Of a DNA stretch of 64,000 bases, positions 60,964-64,000 are shown in pieces. The first letter of the stretch is position 1; every line of letters begins with the position of its first letter. The notes beneath the pieces are model-generated. The model did no database searches and was not told where the DNA came from. It worked only from the letters and a program-made list of their open reading frames with translations. Both the position numbers and the translations under genes were made by a program. The DNA is from an uncultured Methanolobus sp. (GTDB lineage Archaea; Halobacteriota; Methanosarcinia; Methanosarcinales; Methanosarcinaceae), in assembly GCA_963675495.1 (NCBI GenBank), contig OY776215.1:2400001-2464000 (forward strand), read 5' to 3'.

Positions 60964-63081
60964 TTAAATGTGCGAAAGTGTTTCTATCTGCTCCTTTATC
61001 TTATCTATATCATTAGAAGGCAGTTTACAGCTGTGATTCTGGCATATATGTACTGTAGTCTTAGTATCTATCATTTCCATGTCCTTAGTGTAGACCGCAA
61101 TATCTGTTATTCTTTCACTGTTTTTTTCCGGTTTCAAAAGCAGAACCTTTCCGGGTATGAACCTGTCATTTATGAATGATATCATATTTTTGGTTTCGGC
61201 ATTTTCGAGATTGCCAACAATGACTATCTCCAGGGAATCTCTCATGGAAAAGTCCAGAGCAGACATAAATTGGGTGTATCCAATTGGAGTCGCATTTACT
61301 TTTTCCGAGAATGCCTGTATCGTTCTGTTGCCCACACTCTCAAGTTCGTGGTCTGCTGTTATCTTTGAAAGCTTCAGGATGTTTAAAGCGCATACAGAAT
61401 TTCCTGAAGGTAGAGCACCGTCATATACTTCCTTACTCCGGAATATGAGCTCTTCTGCTTCATCGGATGTATGGAAGAATCCTCCATTCTCACTGTCATT
61501 GAAATGTGCTATAAGGTAGTTGTTCAGTTTCAGTGCATGCTCCAGGTAATCGGTATCAAAGTTTGTCTGGTAGAGTTCTATAAGTCCCCATATGAAAAAT
61601 GCGTAATCTTCAAGGAAAGCATCTATTCCAGCTTCTCCATCCCGATAGCGGTGCTGCATCTTTCCATCGCTGTCTGTTATTTCCTTAAGGAAGAAATCTG
61701 CTGCATTTTCAGCAATTTTTAAGTACTCTGTATCATTGAAAGCTTGTGCAGCTTTACAGAGTGCAACAATTACAAGTCCATTCCAGTCAGTGAGTATTTT
61801 GTCATCCTTGGAAGGATGGATACGTTTTTCGCGTTCATTGAATAGTTTTTGTCTTGAATGTTCAACAGACTCTATAATGTCTTCCACATGGTCCGTTCTT
61901 TTGGAAATAATGTCCTGCATGTTCTTTGTCATGTGGGGTATATTGGTTCCAGTAAGTTCTTTTTTGTGTTCTTCAGCGAAATTGCCTTTTTTTTGAATGT
62001 TGAAAATACTTGAGAATAGAGTGGCATTTTCTTTTCCAAGCATTTCTTCAACCTGTTCTTTTGTCCAAAGGTAAAACTTGCCTTCTTCTCCTTCACTATC
62101 TGCATCCTCGGCTGAGTAGAATCCTCCTTCTGGTGAAAGCATATCTCTTTTAAGGTAGGTCACTATTTCTTTAGCGGTAGTTTTGTATTGTGGTTCTGAT
62201 GTTGCCTGATATGTTTCTGCCAGAGCGATCACCATCAATGCCTGGTCGTACAACATTTTTTCAAAATGTGGAACAAGCCATTGCCTGTCTGTTGAATATC
62301 GGTGGAATCCAAAACCTATCTGGTCGAAGATTCCTCCCTTACGCATCTCAATTAATGTTCTTTCCACCATTTCCAGTGCATTTGAATTGCCTGTTCTTTT
62401 CCAGTATCTCAGGAGGAATGTAAGGTGATGTGGTGTTGGGAATTTGGGTGCCCTTCCAAAACCTGCATGGGTATTATCAAAGTTGTCTGACAGTTGGTCG
62501 AATGCTTTTTTCAGTATATCTTCATTGATGGCAACAACCTGTTGCTTTTCCCCGGAGGCTGATACTGCAGCTGTTATGGCTTTGGCACTATTGAGAAGTT
62601 CTTCTTTTTTGTTGATCCACAGGTCTTTTATGGCAGGGATCAGTTCAAGCATTCCCGGATTCCCATATCGGCTTTCTCTGGGGATGTAGGTGGCGGCATA
62701 GAATGGCTTTTTTCCCGGTGTCATGAGGATTGTCAGTGGCCAGCCTCCACTACCAGTGAGTGCCTGACAAACTGACATGTATATATTATCAATATCCGGC
62801 CTTTCTTCACGATCCACTTTAATAGAAACGAACGATTCATTCAGGACTGCTGCAACGTCATAGTTTTCAAATGACTCCTTTTCCATAACATGGCACCAAT
62901 GGCATGTAGAATAGCCAATTGAGAGGAATATCGGTTTATTCTCTTCTCTTGCTTTCTTAAAAGCCTCCTCTCCCCATGGGAACCAATCTACAGGATTTTG
63001 GGCATGTTGCAGCAAGTAAGGGCTTTTTTCCTTAATTAACCTGTTATTTTTTTCTGAAGAATTATTTTTTTCCGTCGTCAA
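60964..63081 (-). CDS. Thioredoxin-domain protein, YyaL/SSP411 (DUF255) family
   Basis: [38 protein letters not shown]. Confidence 0.95.
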   Translation of the reverse strand: MTTEKNNSSEKNNRLIKEKSPYLLQHAQNPVDWFPWGEEAFKKAREENKPIFLSIGYSTCHWCHVMEKESFENYDVAAVLNESFVSIKVDREERPDIDNIYMSVCQALTGSGGWPLTILMTPGKKPFYAATYIPRESRYGNPGMLELIPAIKDLWINKKEELLNSAKAITAAVSASGEKQQVVAINEDILKKAFDQLSDNFDNTHAGFGRAPKFPTPHHLTFLLRYWKRTGNSNALEMVERTLIEMRKGGIFDQIGFGFHRYSTDRQWLVPHFEKMLYDQALMVIALAETYQATSEPQYKTTAKEIVTYLKRDMLSPEGGFYSAEDADSEGEEGKFYLWTKEQVEEMLGKENATLFSSIFNIQKKGNFAEEHKKELTGTNIPHMTKNMQDIISKRTDHVEDIIESVEHSRQKLFNEREKRIHPSKDDKILTDWNGLVIVALCKAAQAFNDTEYLKIAENAADFFLKEITDSDGKMQHRYRDGEAGIDAFLEDYAFFIWGLIELYQTNFDTDYLEHALKLNNYLIAHFNDSENGGFFHTSDEAEELIFRSKEVYDGALPSGNSVCALNILKLSKITADHELESVGNRTIQAFSEKVNATPIGYTQFMSALDFSMRDSLEIVIVGNLENAETKNMISFINDRFIPGKVLLLKPEKNSERITDIAVYTKDMEMIDTKTTVHICQNHSCKLPSNDIDKIKEQIETLSHI

Positions 63082-63315
63082 TTTATCACTCCCCTTTTAA
63101 AATTAGGTTGTTAAGGATATATACTCTTTTAGTTTGAAATGCTCTTTTCGCGAAAAGATATTGTCAGCTATGTTTTAATTCTCCACCTACTTCCAAAAAA
63201 CTATATATAATGATAATGGTGATTTACTGGCGTGTACAAAAATTTATATAGCACTCGCTGCTTATACATTTTTAATAATAATAATAATATTGATGATTAA
63301 AAAGGTGGTACTATT

Positions 63316-64000
63316 ATGGATAGACGATTGATTTTGCCCGTTGCTATCATGTTTGCATCGGTTTTGCTTTTGAGTGGCCTGATGACTTTCCAGGCAGGTT
63401 CTGCACAGGAATCCCCTGCTCCTGGTAATTCAGGTCCGGTACTGGAAGATTCGGCGACTATTACTCAGAAAGCAGATTCTAAGCCTGCTACAGCAACATC
63501 TTCTGAACCCTCTGAGAATAAAGCCCCTGCACCAACACCTACTATGGTTTATGTCGCGAGTAAGGGTCATAGTACCGTTAGTTATTCTACATTTCCCAAT
63601 GACTCTCCACAGAAGATATCTTCAGATTCTGTGAATAATGAGTCTTCTCCCGTTAAAGCTGATTTCTATGTAGAAATAAATTGTCTGACTGCCAATTTCA
63701 CTGACATGTCAGAGAATGCAACATCATGGGAATGGGATTTTGGAGATGATACAAGCTCAACTTTGCAGGGTCCAGGGCATACTTATGCAGAAAATGGTAC
63801 TTACATAGTGAACCTGACAGTTTACAATGATGATGGCCACAGTGATTCTGTAGAAGACTTCTTGTATGTCGAGGGATGCACAGTATCTGCGGACCCTGAA
63901 GTAGAGGACGAAGAACTTAAAACTGAGTATCCTGAACAGGAAGTTCCTGAGTTCCCTACAGTTGCGATCCCGATGCTAGCAATTATTGGAATGGCATTCT
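63316..64000 (+). CDS. Secreted PKD-domain protein with PEF-CTERM tail (3' end outside window; not in ORF track)
   Basis: Manual translation: signal peptide MDRRLILPVAIMF..., FTDMSENATSWEWDFGD..HTYAENGTYIVNLTV, EVPEFPTVAIPMLAIIGMAF. Confidence 0.9.
   Translation, partial: MDRRLILPVAIMFASVLLLSGLMTFQAGSAQESPAPGNSGPVLEDSATITQKADSKPATATSSEPSENKAPAPTPTMVYVASKGHSTVSYSTFPNDSPQKISSDSVNNESSPVKADFYVEINCLTANFTDMSENATSWEWDFGDDTSSTLQGPGHTYAENGTYIVNLTVYNDDGHSDSVEDFLYVEGCTVSADPEVEDEELKTEYPEQEVPEFPTVAIPMLAIIGMAF

Noticed and set aside
62880-62910. CHWCH in the YyaL-family protein as a heme c site
   Set aside because: It is the conserved thioredoxin-like CxxC of this cytoplasmic family; no signal peptide
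1-64000. Mobile elements, prophage or defence systems
   Set aside because: No transposase, integrase, terminal inverted repeats or recognisable defence genes, and no tRNA-end duplication seen near tRNA-Ala

Overview
Chromosomal window from a cytochrome-containing methanogenic archaeon of the Methanosarcinaceae (Methanolobus/Methanococcoides-like; genus is an inference from gene content and synteny). Core content: methanofuran genes mfnDFE, EF-1beta, tRNA-Ala(CGC), grpE-dnaK-dnaJ-trkA-trkH, two geranylgeranyl-reductase-type/ferredoxin pairs flanking cofG-cofH-cofH-cofC, the complete fpoABCDHIJJKLMNO operon, pyrG, truD, pth2, mptN, F390 synthetase, a REC-PAS-DUF835 + KaiC-like pair and several sortase-tagged (PGF-/PEF-CTERM) surface proteins. 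No transposase, integrase or CRISPR array was seen. Top observation: a secreted, PGF-CTERM-anchored multiheme cytochrome c (9 CxxCH + 1 NrfA-type CxxCK) is split by a single in-frame TAG at codon 76 (10791-10793), a candidate for pyrrolysine read-through in a non-methyltransferase. Also found: unannotated zinc-finger microproteins, a candidate operator-controlled sRNA, a probable ATA start codon, and frequent back-up TAA/TGA stops just after terminal TAG codons. All product calls come from motif recognition, not database searches.
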